A DNA stretch of 64,000 bases from a virus: positions 32,001 through 96,000 of IMG/VR virus record IMGVR_UViG_3300010965_000002. One strand, 5' to 3'. Position 1 is the stretch's first letter; every line of letters begins with the position of its first letter. A model generated the notes under the pieces. That model saw only the letters and a program-made list of their open reading frames with translations. It was not told the DNA's origin and did no database searches. The translations under genes and the position numbers were made by a program. Shown here piece by piece: positions 1 to 7,762 of the stretch.

Positions 1-99
1 GATGATAGGTGACACAATCAGAGCCGCAATGAATGCAAGGCTCCACTTAGCGATAGACGCTATACGTTGCTTTTTTACAGCAAATTCTTTCAAGTTCAT
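1..99 (-). CDS. Partial membrane protein (5' end only; runs off window)
   Basis: ATG at 99 with GAGG upstream; MNLKEFAVKKQRIASIAKWSLAFIAALIVSPII, basic N-terminus then hydrophobic helix. Confidence 0.6.
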   Translation of the reverse strand, partial: MNLKEFAVKKQRIASIAKWSLAFIAALIVSPII

Positions 100-106
100 A
101 CTGGCC

Positions 107-805
107 TCACTTCTTTGTGTCTTCACGAGGAGACGTTTCAACCACGATCTTCGCAGCGCCCGCTTTTGCGATTGCTAGACGTTGACCAAAATCCAGCAAG
201 CCTTTTGCCTTATAGACGTTGACCGCTGTAGCAGCATCAATAGCCATACGAGTTTGTTCGTCTGGGATAGTAATGAACGTAATGCTGTTCAAATGCACAC
301 CACGCGATTCGAGGACTTTGTTCGCCTGAGCAAACAACTGATCTTCAAATGTCGAAGGATTGAAGTCCACAATGTCATGCTTCAAAGTGGCCTCGGTCAC
401 GATGTCGCGCAGGCGCACATCAATCACAACGTTCTCAGCCGTTTCAAAGGCCGACATCTTTGTGTTAGCCGCCGCGTCAGCCGCCGAACCAGACTTGCCG
501 AGGAACTTGGCTTCCTTGATGAACTTCAAGCCATCGACAATTTCGTAGTCATAGGCGATCTTGATCTTGACCAATACGTTGCCAGCGAACTGAGCTTGAA
601 ACTCCGTGTCACCTTGCATCGGATAGTCAGGCAACACAGTTTTGTACTCACACGTTCCAACAGAGGTTGGTACACGTTGACCTGCGGCCACCACAGTCCA
701 CGATACACCGCAGTCTGTAGTCACGAGGGTTTTGACATTGGAAGGCGCTCGATCACACGCCGCCAACAGAGCGATAACGCCCAAGAGAAGAATTTTCTTA
801 ATCAC
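107..805 (-). CDS. SPFH/Band-7-like lipoprotein
   Basis: Re-started at GTG 805 (GTGA overlap with upstream stop); lipobox-like LLAA-C after KK and a hydrophobic stretch; C-terminal part (RLRDIV...RGVHLNSITF..PDEQTRMAIDA) resembles Band-7 domain. Confidence 0.6.
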   Translation of the reverse strand: MIKKILLLGVIALLAACDRAPSNVKTLVTTDCGVSWTVVAAGQRVPTSVGTCEYKTVLPDYPMQGDTEFQAQFAGNVLVKIKIAYDYEIVDGLKFIKEAKFLGKSGSAADAAANTKMSAFETAENVVIDVRLRDIVTEATLKHDIVDFNPSTFEDQLFAQANKVLESRGVHLNSITFITIPDEQTRMAIDAATAVNVYKAKGLLDFGQRLAIAKAGAAKIVVETSPREDTKK

Positions 806-1017
806 GATGGAACCTTTCCAGAAAAGATTGAATAACCGAACTTGCCAAGCCAAAGGGCCAGCATCACACCTACAAAGACAGCCAGCGCCAGCAGCATAAT
901 GCTGATAATGCTAGACCCGTACAAACCGCCGTGCAGCACATAGGAACCAGCTTCGGTACCTATGTACACAACCAGCATCAACGCGATGAACATCACGATT
1001 GCGCCTATGAATTTCAT
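802..1017 (-). CDS. Small two-helix membrane protein
   Basis: GGAG then ATG at 1017; two hydrophobic segments. Confidence 0.65.
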   Translation of the reverse strand: MKFIGAIVMFIALMLVVYIGTEAGSYVLHGGLYGSSIISIMLLALAVFVGVMLALWLGKFGYSIFSGKVPS

Positions 1018-1038
1018 TATGTGCTCCAAAGAAATGAG

Positions 1039-1084
1039 TGGTAGGCCGTGTTGGATTTGAACCAACGACCAAAGGATTATGAGT
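1039..1084 (-). pseudogene. 3' half (positions 31-76) of an interrupted tRNA(CAT)
   Basis: Minus strand ACTCATAATCCTTTGGTCGTTGGTTCAAATCCAACACGGCCTACCA: anticodon loop CTCATAA, T-arm GTTGG-TTCAAAT-CCAAC, 3' acceptor strand and CCA; pairs with the half at 1574-1604. Confidence 0.92.
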
Positions 1085-1161
1085 TGGTAGGCTAGGTCGG
1101 ATTCTAACCGACGATCAACGGCTTATGAGGCCGCTGCTTTAGGACTCTAAGCTACTAGCCC
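1085..1161 (-). tRNA. Complete tRNA(CAT), probably Ile2 (Met not excluded)
   Basis: GGGCTAG-TA-GCTT-AGAGTCCTA-AAGC-A-GCGGC-CTCATAA-GCCGT-TGATC-GTCGG-TTAGAAT-CCGAC-CTAGCCT-A-CCA folds into a full cloverleaf with encoded CCA; C4:G69, U12:A23 and A73 fit Ile identity. Confidence 0.9.
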
Positions 1162-1568
1162 TCACGGAAAATGTTACCTACTTGCCATCTTGACAGTTTC
1201 AAGAGCTTGGCAATATCTACAAAAGTGTTGCCTTGGTTACGCAACTTAGTAATACGTCTGTGCAAGTGCCTTGGTCTAGCATGTCCAGACTCCACTACTG
1301 CCTTTCTTCGATTTTTAATAGGTGTTAGTATTTGGAGATTGTCTATAGCGTCATTCGACTTGTCACCGTCAATATGGTCAGCTTCCTCGTGTTTGCCAAG
1401 GATGCGACCGTGTTTAACAGAGAGTTTGTACTTAGCCATCGTTATGGTTGTACGCCTTAGCGTGTAGCCAGCAAGGGGCACCAAACACACGTACCACCTG
1501 CATTCTTTCTTGTGCCATACTCGATAGCCTTTGTAACCGACAAATGGGTGTTTAAGAATCTTTGCCAT
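1155..1568 (-). CDS. HNH homing endonuclease with C-terminal HTH
   Basis: HNH_3-type motif EEADHIDGDKSNDAIDNLQILTPIKN; C-terminal HTH-like FVDIAKLLKLSRWQVGNIF; ATG at 1568 with AGAGG 5 nt upstream. Confidence 0.88.
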   Translation of the reverse strand: MAKILKHPFVGYKGYRVWHKKECRWYVCLVPLAGYTLRRTTITMAKYKLSVKHGRILGKHEEADHIDGDKSNDAIDNLQILTPIKNRRKAVVESGHARPRHLHRRITKLRNQGNTFVDIAKLLKLSRWQVGNIFREG

Positions 1569-1573
1569 ACTAA

Positions 1574-1604
1574 CCTCTGCTCTAACCAACTGAGCTAACG
1601 GCCC
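1574..1604 (-). pseudogene. 5' half (positions 1-30) of the interrupted tRNA(CAT)
   Basis: GGGCCGTTAGCTCAGTTGGTTAGAGCAGAGG: acceptor strand GGGCCGT pairs with ACGGCCT at 1043-1049; canonical D-arm; ends inside the anticodon stem. Confidence 0.92.
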
Positions 1605-1610
1605 TACGTG

Positions 1611-2084
1611 TTATCGCTTCAACGGATAGAAGATACCTTCGTGCTTTATCCGTGTCTTACATACGTCGCGTTGCAGTTTAACGTATTCGTGCAAAGGCAC
1701 CAGCGTTTCATTGTGCTGCACCAGATCATCGTAGTATGCCCACCAAGCGCCAGGCTCAAGCAGTTCAGCCGGAATGACTCCGGGACGAATACTACCTGTG
1801 ACATTCAGCTTGACTGACACCAACATCACTTCTTGGGTATGCCATTGCTTATGCGCATCAGGCTCCATATCCAGAATAGCTTGCTGGTGCATACCACAGC
1901 CTTCTGTGTTCGGCCCTTTAATCCAAGTGCTGTACCAACCACGCATCAAGTCGAACCCACGGCTGCTCTTGCATTCAGCTTCCGAGGATTCAATTCCAAC
2001 AATGATTTCTCTGTGAAGCTCTGGAACATCATCACTCCAGGGCGTCATACCCAAACCCTCAAAGAGGGCATCGAAACATAACAT
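1611..2084 (-). CDS. Hypothetical protein
   Basis: AAGGAG RBS; fits minus-strand gene tiling. Confidence 0.7.
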   Translation of the reverse strand: MLCFDALFEGLGMTPWSDDVPELHREIIVGIESSEAECKSSRGFDLMRGWYSTWIKGPNTEGCGMHQQAILDMEPDAHKQWHTQEVMLVSVKLNVTGSIRPGVIPAELLEPGAWWAYYDDLVQHNETLVPLHEYVKLQRDVCKTRIKHEGIFYPLKR

Positions 2085-2099
2085 AACTTCTCCTTTTAG

Positions 2100-2546
2100 C
2101 TATTCAACGTCTTTCCACTTTTTGTTTTTCCGATTAGCCAAACGTTTTTGCTTGACAACCGTGCCCTGGTCAATCTTGACCTTGAACAGTGCATAGCCAT
2201 CAGGCGGCGCTTTGCTACGGCCTTCTTCTTCCGTCAAGTAAAGGCGTGTCTTGTGGAAGATTGCATCCTCCGCCGTCTTGCCAATAACGAAACGCACACC
2301 TTCCGGCGTGTCCACTACGCGACGAGGCAGTTCTTTGCCGTGCTTTTGGCACCCGGCCATGAACAACTCAAAGAGTTCTTGAGGAATGCTCAGTCCATTT
2401 TTGGTGGGCTTGAACTCTTTGCTGCCGCCGAATTGTTTGTACTCACGAATGTCAAGGCGCGTCACATTCTGGTACTCAGATGCCTGAATACGAATTTGTG
2501 TGTGCGGTGCCTTGGTGATGATTGTCGGTGATTTGAAATCAGCCAT
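2100..2546 (-). CDS. PC4/p15-like ssDNA-binding protein with C-terminal extension
   Basis: PC4 signature IRIQASEYQNVTRLDIREY...FKPTKNGLSIP. Confidence 0.8.
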   Translation of the reverse strand: MADFKSPTIITKAPHTQIRIQASEYQNVTRLDIREYKQFGGSKEFKPTKNGLSIPQELFELFMAGCQKHGKELPRRVVDTPEGVRFVIGKTAEDAIFHKTRLYLTEEEGRSKAPPDGYALFKVKIDQGTVVKQKRLANRKNKKWKDVE

Positions 2547-3027
2547 TGCTATCTCCAGGTTGTTGAACGCTTTGTGCGTGTTCAGTATTTACAGTCCAGA
2601 CTTCGCCACGGTCAAGGCCGTTGCCAGCAGGTGCACCGTCTTGCTTTTGCAAGTCCCAAACACGGCTGCATTCTTCTTCGGTTGGCACGCCCATTGGAAA
2701 GGCCATCGTCCAATCGTTGATTACGACCATGCGTTTGTCCTGCGCCAGCCACATTTCGCGCAGTGTCCACGCCCACTGCACAATGCTGCCAGGGCTGCCG
2801 TTGGACAACACCACGCACCACAGGGCCAGAAACAGACTGATCTTGACTTCACCAAGATCAAGGCGACTCAGCAAGACTTTACCGAGGAAACCAATCTCTT
2901 GAGCTTTATCAGGTGTGAACGGCTGTACGTTGCCTTGCATTTCACCCATAAGCAAACGAATGAACATTTCGGACTGTTCTTTGTCCATTGGCTGGGTCTT
3001 AGTTTTCAACAGCGACGGGAATGACAT
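2539..3027 (-). CDS. Hypothetical protein
   Basis: GGAG RBS before MSFPS; tiling. Confidence 0.65.
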   Translation of the reverse strand: MSFPSLLKTKTQPMDKEQSEMFIRLLMGEMQGNVQPFTPDKAQEIGFLGKVLLSRLDLGEVKISLFLALWCVVLSNGSPGSIVQWAWTLREMWLAQDKRMVVINDWTMAFPMGVPTEEECSRVWDLQKQDGAPAGNGLDRGEVWTVNTEHAQSVQQPGDSNG

Positions 3028-3673
3028 GCTTGCTCCAGATAGTTGTGTAAGGGACGTTTTGTTCACCACCATCTTTACGACGGACGCGAACGTGGGTTTC
3101 GTAGATGCCTTTTACTTGCGCTTCCCAAGTGCGGTCAGCGTGTTCAAACGTGATGTCATCGAACATCGACAACGAACTAGGGTCAACGCCTAGCTTGATT
3201 GTGACTTCGGCAAAGACGCGATGTGCAAGGTCTTCCAGAACAGTCCAGAATACAGGTTGCTTGCCAATCGACAGCCAGCCTGTGATCTTGTTGTGATGCT
3301 CACACAGGTTACGACTCAGCCAGTATTCCATGTAGGTTGATTCGCGTGTGTCGTACAGGTCAGTACCGCTGCCATAGATGGCATCGAACAGATGATCTTC
3401 GGGCATGTCTGCTGGTGCGATAACCCAGAACGGTTTTTCCAACCGTGACTTGAAAGGCGTTTCACGTAGCACCAACTTACTTGCAGCACCTTGCTCACGT
3501 AACTGCTTCCATGCTTTTGCCAAGGCACCGAACTCAAACTCTGCGCTACCCATGTAGTCGAAAGACAAGATGCGATCAATGCCTTTCTTCATGGTTGCAT
3601 GTGCCGCCTGACGAACACCACACCGTTGAATGTTGTGCCAGTCTTTGTACTCAGGGAACCCTTTGTAGTTCAT
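2999..3673 (-). CDS. Hypothetical phage protein
   Basis: 224-aa ORF with FDYMGSAEFEFG motif; tiling. Confidence 0.7.
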   Translation of the reverse strand: MNYKGFPEYKDWHNIQRCGVRQAAHATMKKGIDRILSFDYMGSAEFEFGALAKAWKQLREQGAASKLVLRETPFKSRLEKPFWVIAPADMPEDHLFDAIYGSGTDLYDTRESTYMEYWLSRNLCEHHNKITGWLSIGKQPVFWTVLEDLAHRVFAEVTIKLGVDPSSLSMFDDITFEHADRTWEAQVKGIYETHVRVRRKDGGEQNVPYTTIWSKHVIPVAVEN

Positions 3674-3991
3674 TTACTTTACTCCTGTAATTCGTTTATA
3701 GCGTGCAATACGCTGTGCCACGCGACAACCTGAAATTTCAAATTTCGCGCCTATACTGTCATACGTCATACCAGACAAGTACGCTTCCAACATTGCCTTA
3801 TCTTTGACCAGGTGCTCACCCTGAGTACGTTGCAGCTTACGCTTTTCTGCAAGCGCCAACCGCTTCACACCTGAAGCTGCTTCAATACACGTCTGTGCTG
3901 CCTTTTGAGAAGTATGCACATGCTTTTGATTGTTACACAGCCAGCATTGTACAGACTTGGTCCCTAAGTAAGTGGACGTTAGTAACGCCAT
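3674..3991 (-). CDS. HTH DNA-binding protein (sigma region-4-like C-terminus)
   Basis: GGAG RBS; LSGMTYDSIGAKFEISGCRVAQRI HTH pattern; N-terminal CxxC. Confidence 0.6.
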   Translation of the reverse strand: MALLTSTYLGTKSVQCWLCNNQKHVHTSQKAAQTCIEAASGVKRLALAEKRKLQRTQGEHLVKDKAMLEAYLSGMTYDSIGAKFEISGCRVAQRIARYKRITGVK

Positions 3992-3992
3992 A

Positions 3993-4349
3993 CTAACTCT
4001 CCTTAACGTCAACAGAACTACGCAACGCAATGATTGCGAACAGAATCCAGTCCCAGACAGAACTGTGTACGTCGAACACCAGGCTGATTACATCGGTTGC
4101 AGCCCACGCAAGCAAGATAGCAACTTGCCACCTTGGTTTGCATAGCCATAGCACCAACAGCCAGTTGACTGTTAGTCCCATGAACATTTGCATGGCATCA
4201 ACGGATTGCCAACACAACAAGCCCATGCTCCAATAAGCAAGGTTAGCATACACCAAACTCGCCTTTGGATAAACTGCTAACATGCAGCGCGGGAAGAAAC
4301 CAGTGGCAAACCAGAATGGATATAGACCCATCATAGTTAGCTGAAACAT
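3993..4349 (-). CDS. Multi-pass membrane protein
   Basis: TAATG overlap with upstream stop; several hydrophobic segments. Confidence 0.6.
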   Translation of the reverse strand: MFQLTMMGLYPFWFATGFFPRCMLAVYPKASLVYANLAYWSMGLLCWQSVDAMQMFMGLTVNWLLVLWLCKPRWQVAILLAWAATDVISLVFDVHSSVWDWILFAIIALRSSVDVKES

Positions 4350-4642
4350 TACCAGCTTACCTCCGTGTACGCATGGCTGCATGGATGACCAGGGTCAGGG
4401 TCTGGATGGTCAAACACTTTGTAGCCGTTGGCACGCAAACGGGTGGTGAGAGCCTCTTGTTCTTCGCGTGAAGCGTAGTCAAGGCGACTGCCTCCAATGT
4501 CGCTCCAAGGGTTGATAAGAGACTTGTGGCCTTTCTCTGCTTGAACACGAATACGTGCGCAGAGATTCTCCCACATGGTGTCGATCTTTTTGCTGTCAAC
4601 GAAGGACTCGCTGATCTTACGGGCGTCTGATGCTTTCATCAT
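4349..4642 (-). CDS. Hypothetical protein
   Basis: ATGA overlap with clpS stop. Confidence 0.7.
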   Translation of the reverse strand: MMKASDARKISESFVDSKKIDTMWENLCARIRVQAEKGHKSLINPWSDIGGSRLDYASREEQEALTTRLRANGYKVFDHPDPDPGHPCSHAYTEVSW

Positions 4643-5061
4643 TCACCTGCCGTTTCTTGTTCAGAGGTGAAGCGCAGTTCACACGGTGCGTTAGGGTTGC
4701 GGCCATTCTGACCACCGCCTTCGTTCGTGATCTTCGCCATTGCTTGCTCGACCTTGGTTTCGGCAACTTCACGGCTGTAGATTGCAACCACTGCCTTGCC
4801 ACTGGTGTGGGCTGCCATCATGATCTGCCGCGCACGCTCACCTTCCATAGCAAACACTTCACGCAGTACGTCAACCACGAACATGAATGAGGTGCTGTCA
4901 TCATTGTGCAGCAAGACTGCAAACATCGGAGGCTTGGCAGTCTTTTCGTCATTGACGGGTGCCAGTTCTGGAGGCCGCTCGATAACGGCAGTGCCGCCTG
5001 CATCACCATCTTGTTGCTCTGGTGTGTTGTTGCCGAAAATGCGTTTGAGGATGTCGCTCAT
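4639..5061 (-). CDS. clpS: ATP-dependent Clp protease adaptor ClpS
   Basis: KPPMFAVLLHNDD.T...VVDVL..VF...A..IM..AH..GKAVV..YS.EVAETKV matches the ClpS core. Confidence 0.92.
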   Translation of the reverse strand: MSDILKRIFGNNTPEQQDGDAGGTAVIERPPELAPVNDEKTAKPPMFAVLLHNDDSTSFMFVVDVLREVFAMEGERARQIMMAAHTSGKAVVAIYSREVAETKVEQAMAKITNEGGGQNGRNPNAPCELRFTSEQETAGE

Positions 5062-5074
5062 GATTTACTCCTGG

Positions 5075-5377
5075 TTAATTGAAAATGTTTCGCATGTCGC
5101 CTGCTTTATCGTCCATGACGAACCCTGCGGCGAGTAGGATTTCTTTGAATCGCGCTGCTGACTCAGCGGTGTAGGCAGCGCCGTGGTATTCTTCTTCAAA
5201 CTTACCACTATGGGTCTTAATCACTACTGACCCATCAACTTGGAACTGAAACAATGCCCAGAACTTCCATTCGTCATTGCTGCTGAACCATTCCACTTTG
5301 TCAGTGAGCGGGCCGCTTGGCACACGATCACCGAACAAAGGCCCTGACTTGATTGCTGTCCACTTGCTCATGGTCAT
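5075..5377 (-). CDS. Hypothetical protein
   Basis: ATGA overlap; tiling. Confidence 0.65.
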   Translation of the reverse strand: MTMSKWTAIKSGPLFGDRVPSGPLTDKVEWFSSNDEWKFWALFQFQVDGSVVIKTHSGKFEEEYHGAAYTAESAARFKEILLAAGFVMDDKAGDMRNIFN

Positions 5378-5853
5378 GCTTCGATGTGTGTCCAGAAGCC
5401 ACTTGCTTTGACTGGGCCAGACTTGGTACCTACTTTACCGCCGTAAGTAGTTTTGTTCTTGATGCTTACTGACTTGGGCGCTGCTTTAGCAATCAGTACC
5501 CAGCTTGTCTTGCGCATCGGGAACACCAACCGCACGGTTGCTTGACGTTCAATCTCAGAACTGTTCGGGTACAGCACGCCCCACATTTTGCCGTTCGTGC
5601 TGCGCAACACCAGGGCAACATGCTTATGAAAGACAAGTTGCATAACTCCATACACTTGCCAGCCCGTTGTCGTTGCCTTCTCAGCGATCTTCAACTGGCT
5701 TTCGCTCAGACGATTCACTTGAGGAATCCACTTCATCGTGGGCCGTGTCAAGTCGTCCAGCTTGGCGACCGCCTCACGTTTGTTGCTGTCTTCAATCCAC
5801 TTGAGACTCAGTGGGGATTTCAGAGAGTTGCGAAGGTCTGTGTAGAATGGCAT
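5374..5853 (-). CDS. Hypothetical protein
   Basis: AAGGAG RBS; tiling. Confidence 0.7.
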   Translation of the reverse strand: MPFYTDLRNSLKSPLSLKWIEDSNKREAVAKLDDLTRPTMKWIPQVNRLSESQLKIAEKATTTGWQVYGVMQLVFHKHVALVLRSTNGKMWGVLYPNSSEIERQATVRLVFPMRKTSWVLIAKAAPKSVSIKNKTTYGGKVGTKSGPVKASGFWTHIEA

Positions 5854-5880
5854 GGTAAGCTCCTTGTGGTTGCGGGTTGA

Positions 5881-6570
5881 TTACTTGGTTTTAACAGGTT
5901 TCGCTTGCAGCGAGAAACACTTTGCATCAGCATTCATTACGCCTGCTGGTTTCTCAGCAGAGAAGGTACGCTTGATCTTCTTGTTGAAGAACCAGGAACC
6001 ATCGAACCGAGGCCAGTGCTCTTGCTTCGTTGTCGTACCGTCTTCAAACAGTACGATATGCTTGTTACCTTCACGTATGTACAGGGCGGTAGCTCCAGTA
6101 TCTTTGCGACGCACAGACATCAAGATTTTTCCATATTTCTTGACCTCAGTCAAGAGGACGTCTTCAATGTATGCACGCTGGGCGTTTGTCAAAACGATTT
6201 CGTGTGTGAAGTCCAAGCTGGACAGGACTCGGCAATACTGATTCATCTGCATCACGGCGCTGCGACCGTAAGGTACAAGACGTTCTTTATTGACACTGAC
6301 GTGTTTCACAACACGGTCGCCTGAGGCGTCATATTTCGCAGTACGTTTTACTACTTTCACAGGGCCAACTACTGAGGCTTCAACAGTTACTGAGGTCTCA
6401 CGAACTGCGTGAGTTTCCAACTGCTCAGTATGAGTCTTGTAACCTTTTTCCATACGCGCTTGTGCTGCACGTTGACCCCAACCGCACCAATCTGCCTTTT
6501 CTTTAGCGGCTGCGGCCTTCGCTTCTGGAAGCTGCTGGACTGCGCGGAGGATTGTTTCCCAAGTTTTCAT
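5881..6570 (-). CDS. Hypothetical early protein
   Basis: First gene after the promoter at 6647-6677; AAAGG RBS. Confidence 0.7.
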   Translation of the reverse strand: MKTWETILRAVQQLPEAKAAAAKEKADWCGWGQRAAQARMEKGYKTHTEQLETHAVRETSVTVEASVVGPVKVVKRTAKYDASGDRVVKHVSVNKERLVPYGRSAVMQMNQYCRVLSSLDFTHEIVLTNAQRAYIEDVLLTEVKKYGKILMSVRRKDTGATALYIREGNKHIVLFEDGTTTKQEHWPRFDGSWFFNKKIKRTFSAEKPAGVMNADAKCFSLQAKPVKTK

Positions 6571-6646
6571 GATTTGCCTTTCAGAGGGTAGCCGCCGAAG
6601 CTGCTACTGGTGGATTTTGAATTTTCGGCATTATTGCCATAATTCT

Positions 6647-6677
6647 ATTGTACCACACTTTTTTCACTCTGTAAACC
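6647..6677 (-). promoter_or_regulatory. Sigma70-type early promoter (copy 1)
   Basis: Minus strand GG-TTTACA-GAGTGAAAAAAGTGTGG-TACAAT: -35, 17-nt spacer, extended -10; intergenic. Confidence 0.85.
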
Positions 6678-6754
6678 ATAAAACCAAGAAAAATGGCTTA
6701 TTTTTAGCGTTTTTGACCGGAAAACCACTAAAAACAGCCATTTTTACGTCATTT

Positions 6755-7762
6755 TCACGACTTTTCTGCGCCCCATCCAGCTTCAAACAGACCACGTACA
6801 AAGCCCTCCAAAACACCAATATCCTGCACTGCAATATCGAAGTTAGGCCGTGCTTTAGCCATTGCCATGAACTCACCCAAGGGCTTGCCACTGAGCCCTG
6901 TCCACAGCTTGACGTTATCGCCATTCCAGCGAGTCTTCGTATCAAGGTGCTTGGCATGAACCGCCACCTGTACGTCTATGCGTTCTGCAAACGCAGGCCA
7001 GCGTTCGCGTGCTCTGGCAAGATGTTGTACCTTTTCGTCGTCACGCATATCGGCATCGGTATGCCAAGGGTACTGATTCAGACCTGTAGTGTGTTCACAC
7101 CATTTCAGAAAGTCAGTGTATGTCTTGCGCTTGGCATCCCGGATACGACTGACTGCATTGCGATTGTGCAGCAAGTAAATGTCAGGGTTGAAATACTGCG
7201 ACGAGGCCGTGAACTGGAAGATTTCTTCCAGCGTTGCAAAGCCTTGTTGCCACAGCGCATAGTCGTAGCCAAGGAAGTCAAATACGTCGGCAACGTCCTC
7301 GGTTGTGTCGATGGTTGCGTAGGTGTGGTCGCCATCACGTAGGACGCGCTGGAAGCCTAGATGACCGTACTTGAAGCCCATTTTGTGAGCTACACGACCC
7401 ATCAAGTTTCCAAGATCGTTGAAAGCAAAGTACACGTAGGCAAAGTCACGCGCTTTACGAGGTACGCTGATAAAGTCGAACTGCACGTTCTCTATTTCCA
7501 TAGAGGTCACGTCACCGTTGACCAACCAGCCTCTGCTAGCTGATGCAGCGGCCAAACCTTCACGCCAAAGCTCAGGCAACTCGGCTGACGTAACGATCAT
7601 GTCACAATCACCGAAGTCAGGCTTCTGTGCGTATGACGGCACGATGTCAGGACGTTGGCCGAACAACGTAGTGAAACGTTGCTGCACCCGTGCTGACAGT
7701 TCTTGATAGCGTTCAGCAGGTACACGCTGTACGTCAAGATGCTTTAGAGCTAGTCCGCCCAT
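6755..7762 (-). CDS. Putative Pol-beta-superfamily nucleotidyltransferase
   Basis: MGGLALK start; SYAQKPDFGDCDMIV (GDxD acidic pair) and later FDFI strand. Confidence 0.55.
   Translation of the reverse strand: MGGLALKHLDVQRVPAERYQELSARVQQRFTTLFGQRPDIVPSYAQKPDFGDCDMIVTSAELPELWREGLAAASASRGWLVNGDVTSMEIENVQFDFISVPRKARDFAYVYFAFNDLGNLMGRVAHKMGFKYGHLGFQRVLRDGDHTYATIDTTEDVADVFDFLGYDYALWQQGFATLEEIFQFTASSQYFNPDIYLLHNRNAVSRIRDAKRKTYTDFLKWCEHTTGLNQYPWHTDADMRDDEKVQHLARARERWPAFAERIDVQVAVHAKHLDTKTRWNGDNVKLWTGLSGKPLGEFMAMAKARPNFDIAVQDIGVLEGFVRGLFEAGWGAEKS

Larger units (their letters stand above)
1085..1573 (-). mobile_element. HNH endonuclease plus replacement-tRNA cassette inserted in a tRNA(CAT) gene
   Basis: Removing 1085-1573 rejoins the two halves into a perfect 77-nt cloverleaf; no target-site duplication seen. 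Confidence 0.85.

Noticed and set aside
1085-1573. Group I intron or archaeal-type intron in the tRNA
   Set aside because: The insert is fully occupied by the HNH ORF and a tRNA, leaving no room for a group I core (P3-P7). It does not end in the required G, and the site (30/31) is not a usual intron position. No bulge-helix-bulge is evident.
1039-1604. Integrase attL/attR at a tRNA
   Set aside because: No duplicated att core and no recombinase. The original gene is broken rather than restored by a duplicated 3' end.
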